64,000 nucleotides of DNA. Source: Klebsormidium nitens. Taxonomy: Eukaryota; Plantae; Klebsormidiophyceae. Positions 34,914 through 47,629 of this stretch are shown piece after piece. Below the pieces are notes generated by a model that had not been told where the DNA came from, did not search any database, and saw nothing but the letters and a program-made list of their open reading frames with translations. Each line of letters begins with the position of its first letter. The stretch's first letter is position 1. The stretch spans positions 3,789 to 67,788 of the forward strand of contig DF237006.1 in assembly GCA_000708835.1 (NCBI GenBank). Reading direction: 5' to 3'. Position numbers and translations under genes: made by a program.

Positions 34914-37900
34914 ATGGACCTGCTCTCCTGGGACCACCACGAGGAGCACGAGAACCTTGAGCCTGCACCTGAGGTCAGCAGCAGCGGCTCCGAGGCGAGT
35001 GTGATTAGCAAGCGCAAGAAAGCAGCAGGCCGCCCGCGAGAAAAGGCTGCCAATGCCGACGAGGATACAAGCTCCGGCCCGCCCTCTCCCCCGCCTAAAC
35101 GGTGAGGTGCTAGTAGTAGCTCGCTCATGGATCCCGCAAGAGAGCCTGCTGAGCTCAGCGGCACGCTCAACCAACGGTAATTGACAGCTCCTGGGAGGAC
35201 AATATGCACGAATTACAGCAGCAGGTTTAAAAGGCTCGCAAGTGTAAACATCTGCGGAGTTTGCTAGGGCTCTACGGTATATTTGGAGCCCTTGGGGAGG
35301 GCAGCATTCCCTGCAATGCTTCCGTGGATGTCAACTGCTGTCCAGTTCTGCGGCATGCTCGCTGACCATGTCTTTGCTGTGTGCCCAGGTTGGGGGGGCA
35401 GCTGGCGGCGGCGCTGCCGGTGTTGTCGGACATTGCGGAGCTGTACGAAGCGAGCCAGGCGCATAAGCGGGCCAACCAAGAGGCCATCCAGCAGCTGCTG
35501 GCCCAGGTCAGTGTGCCACTGTGTACACCGCCAGCCATGACGCACGAGAAGAGTCAGCAGGCAACCAGAAGCACCGGCCATGACGAAATGCTGATGGTGG
35601 TAATTCTCTGCGTGCGCACTGGTTTGCCCTGACTGCTGTGTGCCTCGTTGGTCCGTGCAGATCCACAGCCTGCAGCGGCAGCTCCTCCAACCTCTCCAAG
35701 GCAAGGCCCCGCTCGGACGCTTCAACCCCCACCACCCACGACATTGACCCGTCAGCCATCCGCATCTCTGCCACTGCCATGCAGCAGCCCTACTGGCGTT
35801 CTTCCACATGCGATTGTGTTTTGTCTGTCAGCCATGCCTGCCCCTCAGACTCGCTGCTTGTCCTTGCAGATGCGGGTCCCAGCGGGTCCACTTCGGAGCT
35901 TGAGGCAACAGTGGCGGGGCAGGTCAACAAACTGGACAAGCAGGTGAGCGGGGCGCAGGACAGCGCGAGTGTGCTGGGGGGTGGACCGATGCCTGGAGGG
36001 GGCACAGTGTGTCAACGTAGGGGCATGTATGCACAAGCCGTGTTGGGTGACGCTGTTGTGGGCGGGTGGCGCAGGTGAGGGAGCTGTCGCGCGAGTACGA
36101 CCGGCTGCACCGCATCATCGAGAGCCGCGAGGGCCAGCTGCACAACCTGCACGTGCTCGAGCACACCAACAAGCAGGCAAGCCGCGCAACTAGGCCCACT
36201 CCGCGCTGCACTCTCTGTGCCATGTCGCCATCACAACCACAACGCACGTCATTGTCCTGCAAGCGCTCCCTTGCCTGGACTCCTTCGTACTACACATAAC
36301 GTGAACGTCCAATTCGGCGGTGGTTCTGCAGATCTATGCCGCTATTGTGGTTGGCCCCAGCCCTGATGCGCTGCGGCTGGATGCCCACCTCCGCTCCGAG
36401 GACCACCCGGATGCCCAGGACGCAACCACCAGCACGCCCACGCTGCCCGCCATTCAACGGTTAGGAAGGCGGCCCCCTTGCTTAAGTACAGGACATGATG
36501 GCTCAGGTCAACAAACTGATTCAATCAGGAGTGCAGAAGCGCTTCATCGCTTGATTCCTGATAGGTTGTGTAGCCCAGTTGACGCATTCTATGGGCTACA
36601 TGTCGATGAAGGCAGTTGTAAAAATGGTTGCACTCGGCAGATGGTGACGCTTGCCTTTCCCTGCCTGTGATCAACTGACACAGCGCCCCGTCACTGTCAG
36701 GAAACCCCACCGCGGCCCTTCGCCCTACATCTCCCGCGCGCGCAGCGCCTCTCCTCGCCACGGCCCTCCTTCCCCCCTCAGCAGAAGCGCGGAGTGGGCT
36801 ACCCCCAGAGGCAGTGCGGGCGTGCATGAGAGCCGGTCCGTGGACTTTGGACGCAGTAGCAGGCAGGCCGCCCGGGGCCGCAGCCAAACGTCCCTGGGAC
36901 ACTCCCGAGCGCACGAGCCGCGTGCGGCGGGGGGTCGGCAGCTAAATAGTGCTCGAACAAGCTCCACGCATGCACACCATGCGCCGTCCACGAATGGGGG
37001 GGTCAATTCCGTACACAGTAAGACGGATGGTGCTGAGGCAGAAGACGGGGAGGAAGCAGGGGGCGAGATGGATGACTTGGAATGGGACGTGGCGCCGGAG
37101 CAGGCGAGCATGCTGCGCGAGGCGTACATGCGGGGGCTGCTGGCGGACACGCGCGCGTTTGTGGCAGGGCGCAGGGAGGTCCTGGCCGTAGGGAAGACGT
37201 TCCTGCAAGTGGCGGCCAGGCTGGAGGTACGAAAACGAGAGGCGGCCAGGGCACGCAGCCACGAGCAGGGCATGCAGCGCTGTCTGGCCGTGCGGGATCG
37301 CGATGACCATTCCTTCTGCTGGAAGCCAGCTGCTGCAGGAGCCAGTTAGGAAGGGTCCTTGAGATCCACGTCCCGTTGAAGCATATCGCAGCAATTGTTG
37401 CAAAGGCACACAAGTCCATGGTTCCAATTTTTATGACAGATTATGGCAAGTTCGGCCCGGAGAGCAGCACAGAGTGCACACAAAAGTGGGCCAACTTTAG
37501 GTCCGGAGCTAGCGGGGCCCTATGTGTGGCACTAGCAGTTACTTACCTTCTTGTGGTTGGATACTGCAGAAGGAGCGGTTGGCGCTGAACCCGACGGTGC
37601 AGGCCGCGCAGGCCGCCCTACGGCAGGCCCACGAGGAGACCCTCAAGATGCTGGCCACGTACAAGGTGAGCACGCAGCAAACGGGGCACCGCCGCCTACA
37701 TGACGTAGAGTCTAAGGTTTCTGGGAAAGGTCACAGCAGTATGCTGGATTTGAAGCATTGTTGCCGTGTGCGCAAGCGACCCGCCGTTTGCCAGTATGGC
37801 AGGGGCTGTTTTTTGTCGGGTACGGTGACACGGTGTGCTGGCGGGGTGCAGGAGGCGGAGCATGCGCGGGAGTTGGCGAGCGGGGCGCTGCGGCTGGCGC

Positions 37901-40900
37901 AGGCGCAGCTGGAGAGGCGGCGGAAGGACTGGGCGCGCCGGCTGGTGGAGAAAGACCAGGTCAGACCACGCACCCGGCTGAGGCTGCTCTGTCGTTCCAT
38001 CCTGTTTCAGGAGCATCTTTGGCTTACGTCGAGAGCCGTCCGCGGGCATGGGTGGCTGACGTGTGGGTGCGCTGTGGTGGGCAGGTGAACCAACTGAAGG
38101 GGGACGTGCGCGCGCTGCTCAAGTCGCGGGAGCAGCAGCGGAAAGCCATCCAGGCCAAGGCGCAAGGCCGGCGGGAACAGGTGAGGTGCGAGGAGAGTTC
38201 AGTTGGACATTTGGAACAAGGGAGAGGAGAAGGACGGGTCCGGGGCACGGGCGGCAAATGCCGACGAATTGGGAGCTTCGAGTCTACTAGTCGAACGCTG
38301 CACGAGGGGTTCTCGTTGACGATTCAGACTCCTTCGCATGACAAAGTGAGGGCCAGAGATGCCACTTCAAGGTTGACGCTGTTCTGCTCCTCTTTATGAC
38401 GCCCTGCGTGCTCCATCGTAGGAGGCGAAGGCCAAGGCGCAGGCCCTCGCGCGCGCCCTGGGGGCGGGCGCCGGGTCGGGCGCGGCGGAGCGGGTGGACG
38501 TGGAGGGCGAGAAGCTGAGCAAGCGGTTCAGCATGATGATGGCCGCCTCGGGGTGCAAGAACCTGCGCGACCTCGTGTACAAGGTCTGCACGCAGACCGA
38601 CCAGCACGCGCACCTCACAGGTACGCAGACCGCGGCGCCGCGCATGGCCCCATGCGCAGTCACCTGTTGAAATGTCGAAATGTTGAAATTTGAGGGCGGC
38701 CGAAAGCTTGCCTTGACAGAACTACGTCTTTTCGTAACAAGACAAGCGCCGCCGGCACGGCCACGCCGCAAGCTTTCAGCCGCTGGATAGGACTCACTTT
38801 CCTGATTCCCTTTGTTGTGTTGCAGTGGACGCGGAGGACAGCAAGGCCAAGGTGGCGGCACTGCGGGGTGAGTCAGCATGGCCAGCGACTATCTTCCCAC
38901 GAGTGGCCTCGTCCGCATGTATGCCTCTTTCGTTTCCACCGTCTCAAGCACGTCTCGCAGACTGCTTTTGTTCTGTCGATAAGTTTGTTGACCGCTTTGC
39001 GTTTGCGTGGCTTTCAGAGGAGGCGGCCCGGCTGCAGTCGCAGCTGCGCGACCTGCACTTCGTGGAGGCGGGCATGCTGGACAACCGCAAGAAGATCGAC
39101 CTCGCGGGGGAGGCGCTCGCGCTCGCGGAGCGAAAGGCCGCCGACGCCACCCTCCGGTACGCCCCCTCCCCAATGGTTCCTCCCCGCGTGTGTGCAAAGC
39201 GCGCCGGCCCCACTTGAAGGCTGCGCTGCGGGCTGCCTGCGACTGTGGTGTCTTCTCCAATGCAAAGTTCCTTTCGATGCAGCTTCGATCCACGCCAGTA
39301 GTGCACTAGGCTTCCCATGATGCTGCTTGGAGTGTCGCATGGCCCTCAAGCTCCAGCTGACACTCCGCGCGCGGCGGCTGGCAGGTGCGAGCGCGCGTTC
39401 CAGGTGCTGGCGAGCTCGCGCACCGGCATCGAGCACCTCGCGCTGCAGCTGGGCCTGCCCAAGCTGCCAGACCCCAAGCCCGCGCAACCCCGCGCCAGCC
39501 TCACCACGACGCGGCCGCTCCTCGCCNCACTCCGCCTCACTCCGCCCACCGCGCCACCGCCGCCCGNNNNNNNNNNNNNNNNNNNNNNNNNNNNNNNNNN
39601 NNNNNNNNNNNNNNNNNNNNNNNNNNNNNNNNNNNNNNNNNNNNNNNNNNNNNNNNNNNNNNNNNNNNNNNNNNNNNNNNNNNNNNNNNNNNNNNNNNNN
39701 NNNNNNNNNNNNNNNNNNNNNNNNNNNNNNNNNNNNNNNNNNNNNNNNNNNNNNNNNNNNNNNNNNNNNNNNNNNNNNNNNNNNNNNNNNNNNNNNNNNN
39801 NNNNNNNNNNNNNNNNNNNNNNNNNNNNNNNNNNNNNNNNNNNNNNNNNNNNNNNNNNNNNNNNNNNNNNNNNNNNNNNNNNNNNNNNNNNNNNNNNNNN
39901 NNNNNNNNNNNNNNNNNNNNNNNNNNNNNNNNNNNNNNNNGCCCGGGCGGGCTGGAGGACGGCGAGGGGGCGGCGGGGGGAAGACGGGCTGGCGGGAAGG
40001 GGCTGCACGTGCGCGTGGTGGAGCCGGGGAAGGGGGCCGGGGGCCAAGAAAGCCAAGGGGGGCCGCAAGGACGGGGGGGGGGGCATGTCCGCGATGGCCA
40101 AGGGGCTGCAAATGCAGACGGTGAGGCGCGCCCCCCGCAGAGGGATCCCCTTAGAGACTGCACAATACCAGCGGGAAAGCTTACTGAGCCATGGCCGGCG
40201 TGCAATGATTGGCACACTTCACTAAACCTTCATCTTATAGCCGCTGTGCGTTCACGGCTCCCAGGCGGGAGTCCTGCCTTCGGCCGCTTAGCGGCTGATG
40301 CGCTGGTGGCTCGTCCTGGCTCACCCGCGCGCTGCTTGTGGCAGGTGTCCCGGCTGTGGCTGGAGGACGCGCGGCTGTCCGCGCACGACGACGCGCACGC
40401 GGACGGAGCGGGGCCCAGCAGCAGCGACGAAGAGCAGGACGGGCACAGGTAAGGCGGTAACGAAAGCTGGGCACTGGAGAGCAGGCTGGGGACAGGAGGG
40501 ATGGGCTTGTAAGCATGACGGCTGCGGTCACTCGGTGCGCGTTCGTTTGACGCCAGTGGCAACGCGTTAGCAGTGACGCTGGTTTCTGAGAAAGTCGGTC
40601 CAGGCAGATTTAGAAAGGCCTCTACGCAAGGCGAAAATGATGCCGCCTCAGTCACTCCATGAAATCAAAGTTTTGTCTTTTGACTGCAGTGGACGGGTCT
40701 CGCTCGTCCGCTCGCGCACTCACAGCGACGTCGAGAGCCGGCCGCCCCGGCCCCCCGGCAAGGGAAACGCCCGGACGTCCAACTTCCACGCCCCGAGAAG
40801 GAAAGCCCCATTGCCCGCAAAAGGCGCAATTCCGGAGGCTCCGGATGCCGACGACTTGCTGCAGCCCGTGCGAACACGGGAGGACATCAAGAAAGAGGCG

Positions 40901-40969
40901 GCAGCGAGGATGCATCCGACACACGATGCTCGGGAACCCGTTGCTCGGGAACCCGTCTGTGTAGGCTAA
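34914..40969 (+). CDS. Long coiled-coil protein, CCDC151/ODAD3 (outer dynein arm docking complex)-like C-terminal half; start uncertain
   Basis: Phase-compatible exons with heptad-rich segments (AQAQLERRRKDWARRL, EEAARLQSQLRDL). SSRTGIEHLALQL resembles the CCDC151-family GxEHLADKL motif, and the C-terminal VRTREDIKK resembles the family tail. Contains a gap at 39567-39940. Confidence 0.6.
39567..39940. other. Assembly gap
   Basis: N run between GC-rich flanks. Confidence 0.95.
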
Positions 40970-41645
40970 CGAAAGGGGCAGGGGAGACTGGTGGCTAAGA
41001 TGATCAGTACGGTTTCTTCCTGCAACTTTTTACGTCACGCTCAGTCATTTGCAGATGCTATTGGCCGGCGAGTCGACTCTTCATGCTATGGCGTACATGC
41101 ATTTGTGGCGGCCGCGCCCCATGTGTAAACCAACCACAAATGTTGAGAGCAGCGACCATTCTGAACGCAGTTGGCTGCACTATGTAGCATCCGATCCGGG
41201 CCACGAACTCATCCGAGCTCATACGGACGGCCCCGGTCCCACGCGCGTGCAGTCAAAGCTCATCAGCCGTTAGTAGCTGCTATGGCATCAGGCATACGTT
41301 CATGCCTATTTACGGACGCACCGACAGAGATATATAAGCTCGCACAGTGCACGTCATGCCGCGTATCGAGCTCTAGGGATTGTACCCTCAATGACACGTA
41401 CATTGATGCGATCAAGCTATAGAATTTGCGTGCACACACAGATTAGTAAATCCTTGCGCAAGCGAGTCGCACTGGACTCGATGGTCTCTTTCGTCGGGCT
41501 CCACAGAAGCAGCTCTAGTGCGGCGATCCACACATCGACAAAGGTATCTTGCAAAGGACCGCGTTGTCATACGTGTATACCGCATCCGGCCTTGCCGTAA
41601 CCCCGGGTATGATATGCAATGTACCATCAGGGCCCCTTTGTAGGC

Positions 41646-41676
41646 CCCTAAAACCCTAGAACCCTAGAACCCGAAA
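41646..41676. repeat. Degenerate interstitial telomere-like repeat (CCCTAAAA-type, 8-bp period)
   Basis: CCCTAAAA CCCTAGAA CCCTAGAA CCCGAAA. Confidence 0.55.
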
Positions 41677-42241
41677 TCAGCGCATACCAGAATTAGCTTG
41701 ACTTAAATGGTTTCAGATTTCCATAGCTGTAGTTACACGCAAACCTTACTGCACTGATAGACAATCCTCGATGCCGCCTCAGACATTGCTCTAGCTTTTC
41801 CAGATGATGCAACGGGGCCAGCGTAATCCAAACGGCTTCAAGTGGAACCGGTGGTTGCACCCTAGCTAGGGCTGACGCCAGCTCAAGAACTGTAGGATTG
41901 AAATGACCCGACTCGGAGATGCAGAGCAATAACTGCACCTTAACGTTCCGATCCGCATGGTGCACATCTCCCCCAAATGCAAGCTGCTTGAGCCGACAAA
42001 GTTTTGAACCTGCGTAAGGAGGAACTCGGAGGTCGAAGCTTGACACCTCCCTCTGTGAACCTCCAGCATACCTGCCACCTTGTGTCCGCATCGGTCTGAG
42101 CTTCATTACGTTGATCAACACGCAACTCTGATGTGTCAACCAGCAGATCTGTCCTCGGCTGTCCCAGGCAAAAAGATACGCGGATCGGACTGCAATTGTC
42201 TGCTGACGCTAGTTGTCTCTGCAAGTACTCGCTAGCGCTGC

Positions 42242-45200
42242 TCAACCCTTATCTCCAATTTCTTCAATCATCATGTCGGGATCTCGTGCAGTAAAGAAAC
42301 GGTGAACCTTCTCCGACAACTTGGGCCCCACTCGGCGGCTCGACTCCTGGCCCGGCTGCGAGCCTTCGCCAAAGCCAATGGTCCGCGGGAGGTCCTTCAA
42401 GAGCGCCGCCTTCTCCTGGGCCTGCAAACAGGAGCCAGATGCTCAAACACAAGGGTGACTACTCCCTGAGGGACCCTAAAACAGGCAAGGCAGAACATGG
42501 AGCCCCGGGGGGCTGGACATCTCGCTTCGATCATCGGAAGGTGAACACACAAAGGGACAAGGGTGGTACGTCGGGTGTCCAGCACCACCAAGAAAGTCAT
42601 CCAGAGAAAGCGTACCTGCATCAAAAGCATACATTGCATCTTTCGTTCTTGGCTGTCTTTCTAAGGTACACAACTCAAGCTGGTCAACCGAAGAGTTGCG
42701 TTTGTCTCGATCCCCAGCCTGTCGGCTTCCTTTCTTTTCAGGACGAATGAACAGGCCACACGCAGCTCATCAGAAGGGTTCTGCAGACTGGCACATCGCG
42801 TTTGGAGCAGAACAGCCTGCCGGGGGCCTGACCGTGGTGGTGGGGTGGTGGTAGGCGTCCAGGAGGGAGCGCAGCGTGGGGTAGCGCCGCTTGATGGCCT
42901 CCGCCACGTTGATGGACACGCCGTCCAGCAGCGTCAGCCCCTTCAGCCTGCCACCACAGCACACCCACCACCGCGCTGAGCCACACGGAGTTATCCCCAG
43001 ACAGCAACAGGCGGCTACTTCGACTGGCGGCATGGCTCATGTTCAGAGGAAACCAGCACATAAGAGCCAATCGTCACGCCATCCATCAACATCTTCGACC
43101 CGTCAAGCGTCAGGAGAAGTCCCGATAGACGGGTGGTCCAGGCAATCAGCCTCTAGATCTAAGAAACATGTATAGGGGGATCCCCACTCGCCAAGCTTCT
43201 AACACGGCATGCCACTTTTTGGGAGTGAGCCTGGCCGCTCACCAGGGCCACTTCTTGAGGCGTGCCTTGTCCGACGGCTTCAGGTGGTTGCCCCCGCCGA
43301 AGGTGCCCACCACCGTCGACGCCTTCCTGCAAAACACCAGCAGCGTGTGCACGCCGTCAGCCTCCATGTTGGAGAATCGCAGCACCCCTGCGTCTCCTCA
43401 CACCTCGACGTGTGCGAGTTTCGAGACTGTGCCGTTTGAGAGCGCTGTAGTCTCACGAGCGAAGCAGTGCAGAGCTACATGGCAGTGCAACCCACGCCAG
43501 CCGCCTCTCTGCCAATCCTGCTGCGCTGCATGCTCACTTGTAGGGCGCCTCTGCGTGGCCGCGCGTGAGGTTCGCGATGTGCTCCGCGGCCTCGTTGTCG
43601 TCCTTGGGGGTGCAGCTGCGCACGCGGTCATAGTGCACGCACAGCCGCGCCAGCGCCTCGTCCACCCCGGGGTCCACCCACGCCACGTGCCCCGCCACGC
43701 CCGCCTTCTTGTAATCTTCCGCCTTCCTGCATGCGCACACCCAGCATCCAACAGGGACAGAACGAGCAAGCCACCACAAGAGCCGACAAACTTTGTCCAG
43801 CATCTCTGTGTATCTTCATCTAAATGCGGCCAGCAGTCGAGTGGCCGTTGTCTGGGCAATACAAGGGGTGGTGTGCGGCCCTCACCGCTGTTTGATGTAC
43901 TTGCGTAGCTCGGGGACGAGCAGGCAGACGGTCCAGCCGGGGTGGCACACGCTGGCGGCCTCCAGCGTGGTCCACAGCGACCCGGTGCGCACCATGTCGC
44001 AGAACACAGCGGCAGAGTACACCAGCACTACGTATGGCACATCAACCTCCTGCCAGAGAGAGACCGACATGTCGAATACAGAAGATCTGGTTGACCAGTA
44101 AGCGGGCCCAGACAGAACCAATTCAGATCTTTGTGCACCAGGCCTGCAAGTATAGGATAAATACGAAGTACGCCGCCTTGCAGTTTCGATTCCGTTATAT
44201 GCCGGCCCGGATTCCTAGTGGAAGAGCGACTCGGACGGTAATCATTGATGAGAACGACAATTCGGCGCACTTCCCCAGTAAAGCATGCCTACCATCTTGT
44301 TAATTGGGAAGTGGTCCTGCGTACCACCACCATGAGGTCTATCTTCAAGATTTTGCCAGTTCACTGGACACTGGGAAAGAGTGGTGATTATGAGCCCTTG
44401 AATACATGGACCTCTATTGTTACACTCAAAACGAATATTATGGCGCCAGATACACCTGACTGCACTGCGAGGTTGACATCCAACTTATCTGAAGGAACTC
44501 TGGCTCGATTCGACTCGGGGTTCATGCCTCAATCAAGTCGCTCACCTTTTCAGCAAATCTTATGCCAGGCATTCTGGTGATGGCAAGAAAGGTGATGTGT
44601 AAAGAGGTCAAGGCCGTGGCAGCATTTGACCCGCGATATGACCGACATAAGAGTCCTCATGCGCAGGACGTCACCAAGCAGTCTTGTGCATGGGTGCTGT
44701 CCTCACCTCCCCCTCGACCTGCGAGTCCGGCTGTGACTCCGGTGCTTGACTCTGGCTCTCGAATTCGTCTTGCGTACCCACTCGGCTGCGGTAGTGCACG
44801 CGCCGCCAGGTGATGGAGAAGTCCATTGCGTTGGCACAGCACTCAAACTTGAGCTGCTTTGACTGCAGCTCCAAGGTCAGCATCACTGCACACCACCAGA
44901 CAAATTGTGTTGAGAAGCTCGGCTGGGTCCTGACTTCAATCCCCACAGGGAGGATTTCTGGTCAACAACGTCTCGTGGAGAAGAAGGCCGCTTCGACATG
45001 GACTGGACTTGGTGCCAACATCCTGACAGCATGTGGACCAAATTCGCACTTTTGGAACCCTCCCAGGCTTAGTACCCTTACTAGCCTGTGGGCCACTTTG
45101 GACTCCTGGATACCCGTACTGGTTATCCATGGTAAAGTGTACCGAATTCTGGCGGCGGTCAAACCACCGGACCACAGAAACTCCCCAGTCATTCATGACT

Positions 45201-47028
45201 TCCCAGCCAATAACAGCGGAAACTGTACCACCGCACGCAGTCCAGGGTGTTGGACCTCGAAAGGTTTCCAGAAGTCCAAATCTGGTCCACATTCTCCTTT
45301 CAGGGTTTCTGACACTGTTGCACACTGCACAGGAGCGCGCAGAGCAGGTACATGCCTCCGCATCAACGACCTTCTGTAATACAGCCTCACCTCCCAACTG
45401 ATCCCTTCCAATGAGCGACTGGTCGATGCGCACGGTGCAGTTGGCAAGCGCGTCCTTCCCACTCAGCTTCTGGTATGCGTCCCGTTGCTCCGCCCGCTGC
45501 TGCTTCTCCTGCTCCCGCTGTGCGCGCTTCTCCTGCACACACATGAGGGGGCCCAGCTGTCAACCCAAAGCACAGCCCAATCATGTTACACCGCGCTTCT
45601 TTTGACTTCACCTTGCAGAGCCTTGAGGCCAGTCCACCTCCTTAGTGAGACTGCTTTAGAGCTCAATCAGGATCTTCGGTTTGGTCCTCACCTCGGCTGC
45701 CTGTTTCCTGGCCTCCTGCCTCTCCTGCTTCAGCCGCTCCTTCTCCTGCCGCTGCTCCTGCCGCTGCTTCTCCCGCTGCTCCGCCTTGAGCGCCTTCTCC
45801 TGCGCTGCCCGCCGCTTCTTCAGCTCCGCCAGCCTCCGCTTCTTCTCCTTCTCGTCCAGCCCCTCCAGCCCCTCCTCCCCCTTGCTCTCTCCTGCCACCC
45901 CATGCCCAAGGCCCCCATCTCTCTCTGCATCCTCCATCTTGTTATCTGCTCCACTAGCATCCACTCGCTGGCGCTTCGCACCCCCCGTGGCCCCCGCGCT
46001 TCCCTTTTGTTTCGGCACAGCTTTCTGCTTTGCCGGAGCCACGTTGATGAGGTCCACCTCATCTTCTGAGTCATCGCTGCTCTCCTCGCCGTCTCTCTGT
46101 CCGCCCTCGTCGTCCGACCAACCTACTTTCTTCTTCCCCTTTGCGTCCGCCGAGACTTTTCTCTTGCATTCCCCCTTGCCGATGCCACCACTGGACCCTG
46201 TGGGCCCATCTGACAGCTCGGGCCTGGGAGGGGACCATGGAGCGGGAGGTCGCTTGCCAGGGTTCTGTCCAGAGGGAGCCGCTCTGTCCCCAGCCAGACC
46301 CCCACAGTCCTCCATCACTGTAGGCATGCGTGATAGGGGTCTCCATTTTGCTGGCCGCTTGTCATCATCATCGTCCTCGCTTGAACTCAGGTCCACAACC
46401 TCCTTCCGGCCTACATTATGAGACAGAATCATCAGGAGTGAGGCATACGTTGGGCTTGCAATTCCTCGATTGCCAGCTGTAACAGTCCCTGCTACTTTCT
46501 CCTGCACAAGTCTCATTCTGCATGGTTTAGTGCTTCTGCAAAAAGTCTGGTCAGTATGAGCATACTAGCGAGGTTGAGCATGCCAGCGTGTGCATAAGAG
46601 GCAATAAGAAGTGGCTGCATATTTTAGGGATGGGTCGCCACAGGTCCTGATGACTACAATCCAATGCTTCCAGGGCCACTTGCATCCTAACGAACATATT
46701 GCTTCTAGCCAATTGAAAGCAGACCAAAGAAACAGGGGCCACAATCCAAACAGTCACCTTGTGTCCCCAGTGCCCCTTTCGGGGAAGCCTTCGCCTGACT
46801 ATCCGAGTCAGTATCCAGATTCACCAGGTCCCTCGGCTTGTTCCTTTCAGACTGCTTCTTCGCATCCTTCTTTCGCTGCTTGGAGAACTCTGCCATAGGA
46901 TTAGGCATGGGCCCATTCATATTGACGTGATGCTCTGTCAAAACACGCTCATTCTTCTGCTCATGAGGGCCCCCATGGCGCCAGTCTAGGTCATACCCAG
47001 CATCGCTGTTGCTGTCGCTGTCCGCCAT
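42242..47028 (-). CDS. EME1: Crossover junction endonuclease EME1/MMS4-like (inactive ERCC4-type domain, MUS81 partner) with a long acidic/basic N-terminus
   Basis: ATG at 47028 (MADSDSNSD). C-terminal exons: EVDVPYVVLVY..., VDEALARLCVHYDRV...EAAEHIANLTRGHAEAPYK, LLDGVSINVAEAIKRRYPTLRSLLDAY, SRRVGPKLSEKVHRFFTARDP. These match the EME1 C-terminal (HhH)2 region as I recall it. Confidence 0.8.
45031..45292. mobile_element. Degenerate MITE-like foldback inside an EME1 intron
   Basis: ATGTGGACCAAATTCGCACTTTTGGAACCC (45031-60) versus reverse complement of 45263-92, ATGTGGACCAGATTTGGACTTCTGGAAACC: 25/30 identical. No clear TSD. Confidence 0.45.
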
Positions 47029-47629
47029 CAGCAGCAGGTGGTTGCCCTGCTCAGTACCGGTACGTTCGAACAATCTGATTGCTGCATCCAACCTCAAGCA
47101 AAATGCAGCGCCACCAACAACTTGGCAAGTTCTACCAGAGGTACCCCAATGGCAATGGCATAAACCACCCAAACAAGTGGTGTGGACCGTGGTGCATTCG
47201 ACTGTTGTTGAGGCATCATGCTCCTTGAAGTGGCAAGTGGTTTTGAAAGTGCTCCCGCCAAAAGTTCACCCCCTGGAAAAGCCGGAATTGTCTTGACACA
47301 TGATCAAACTGAAAATACTTTTTAACATCCTCGTTGTCGTAAAGTGTCAAAAACAATGGCAGCAATTTCAGCGACCACTGGGTCCACTAGCAGTTTGCAG
47401 TGGTCGCTTCTATCATTAGGGCCTGGTAATAGTGGCAGCAATTGGCTCTCATCGGACGGCTGAATGTAGCTGCACTGTATCGACGGGTATGTCACCGCCC
47501 GCACAGTAAACTTTTCAATAACCAGGGGGAATTGCAGTTCTGAGGGTTGTATGATCCGGTAGTGCAGGAAGCATTCCCTGCATGGGCTCGTTGTATGAAA
47601 GATGGTGCTCAAACGCTGGCGGAGAGCGC

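Noticed and set aside
41693-42245. 148-aa and 101-aa minus-strand ORFs downstream of EME1
   Set aside because: EME1 already terminates normally at 42242, and these ORFs have no recognisable homology or convincing splice sites.
44810-45379. 189-aa plus-strand ORF antisense to EME1
   Set aside because: It spans an intron, the foldback element and an antisense exon, with no transposase or other motifs.
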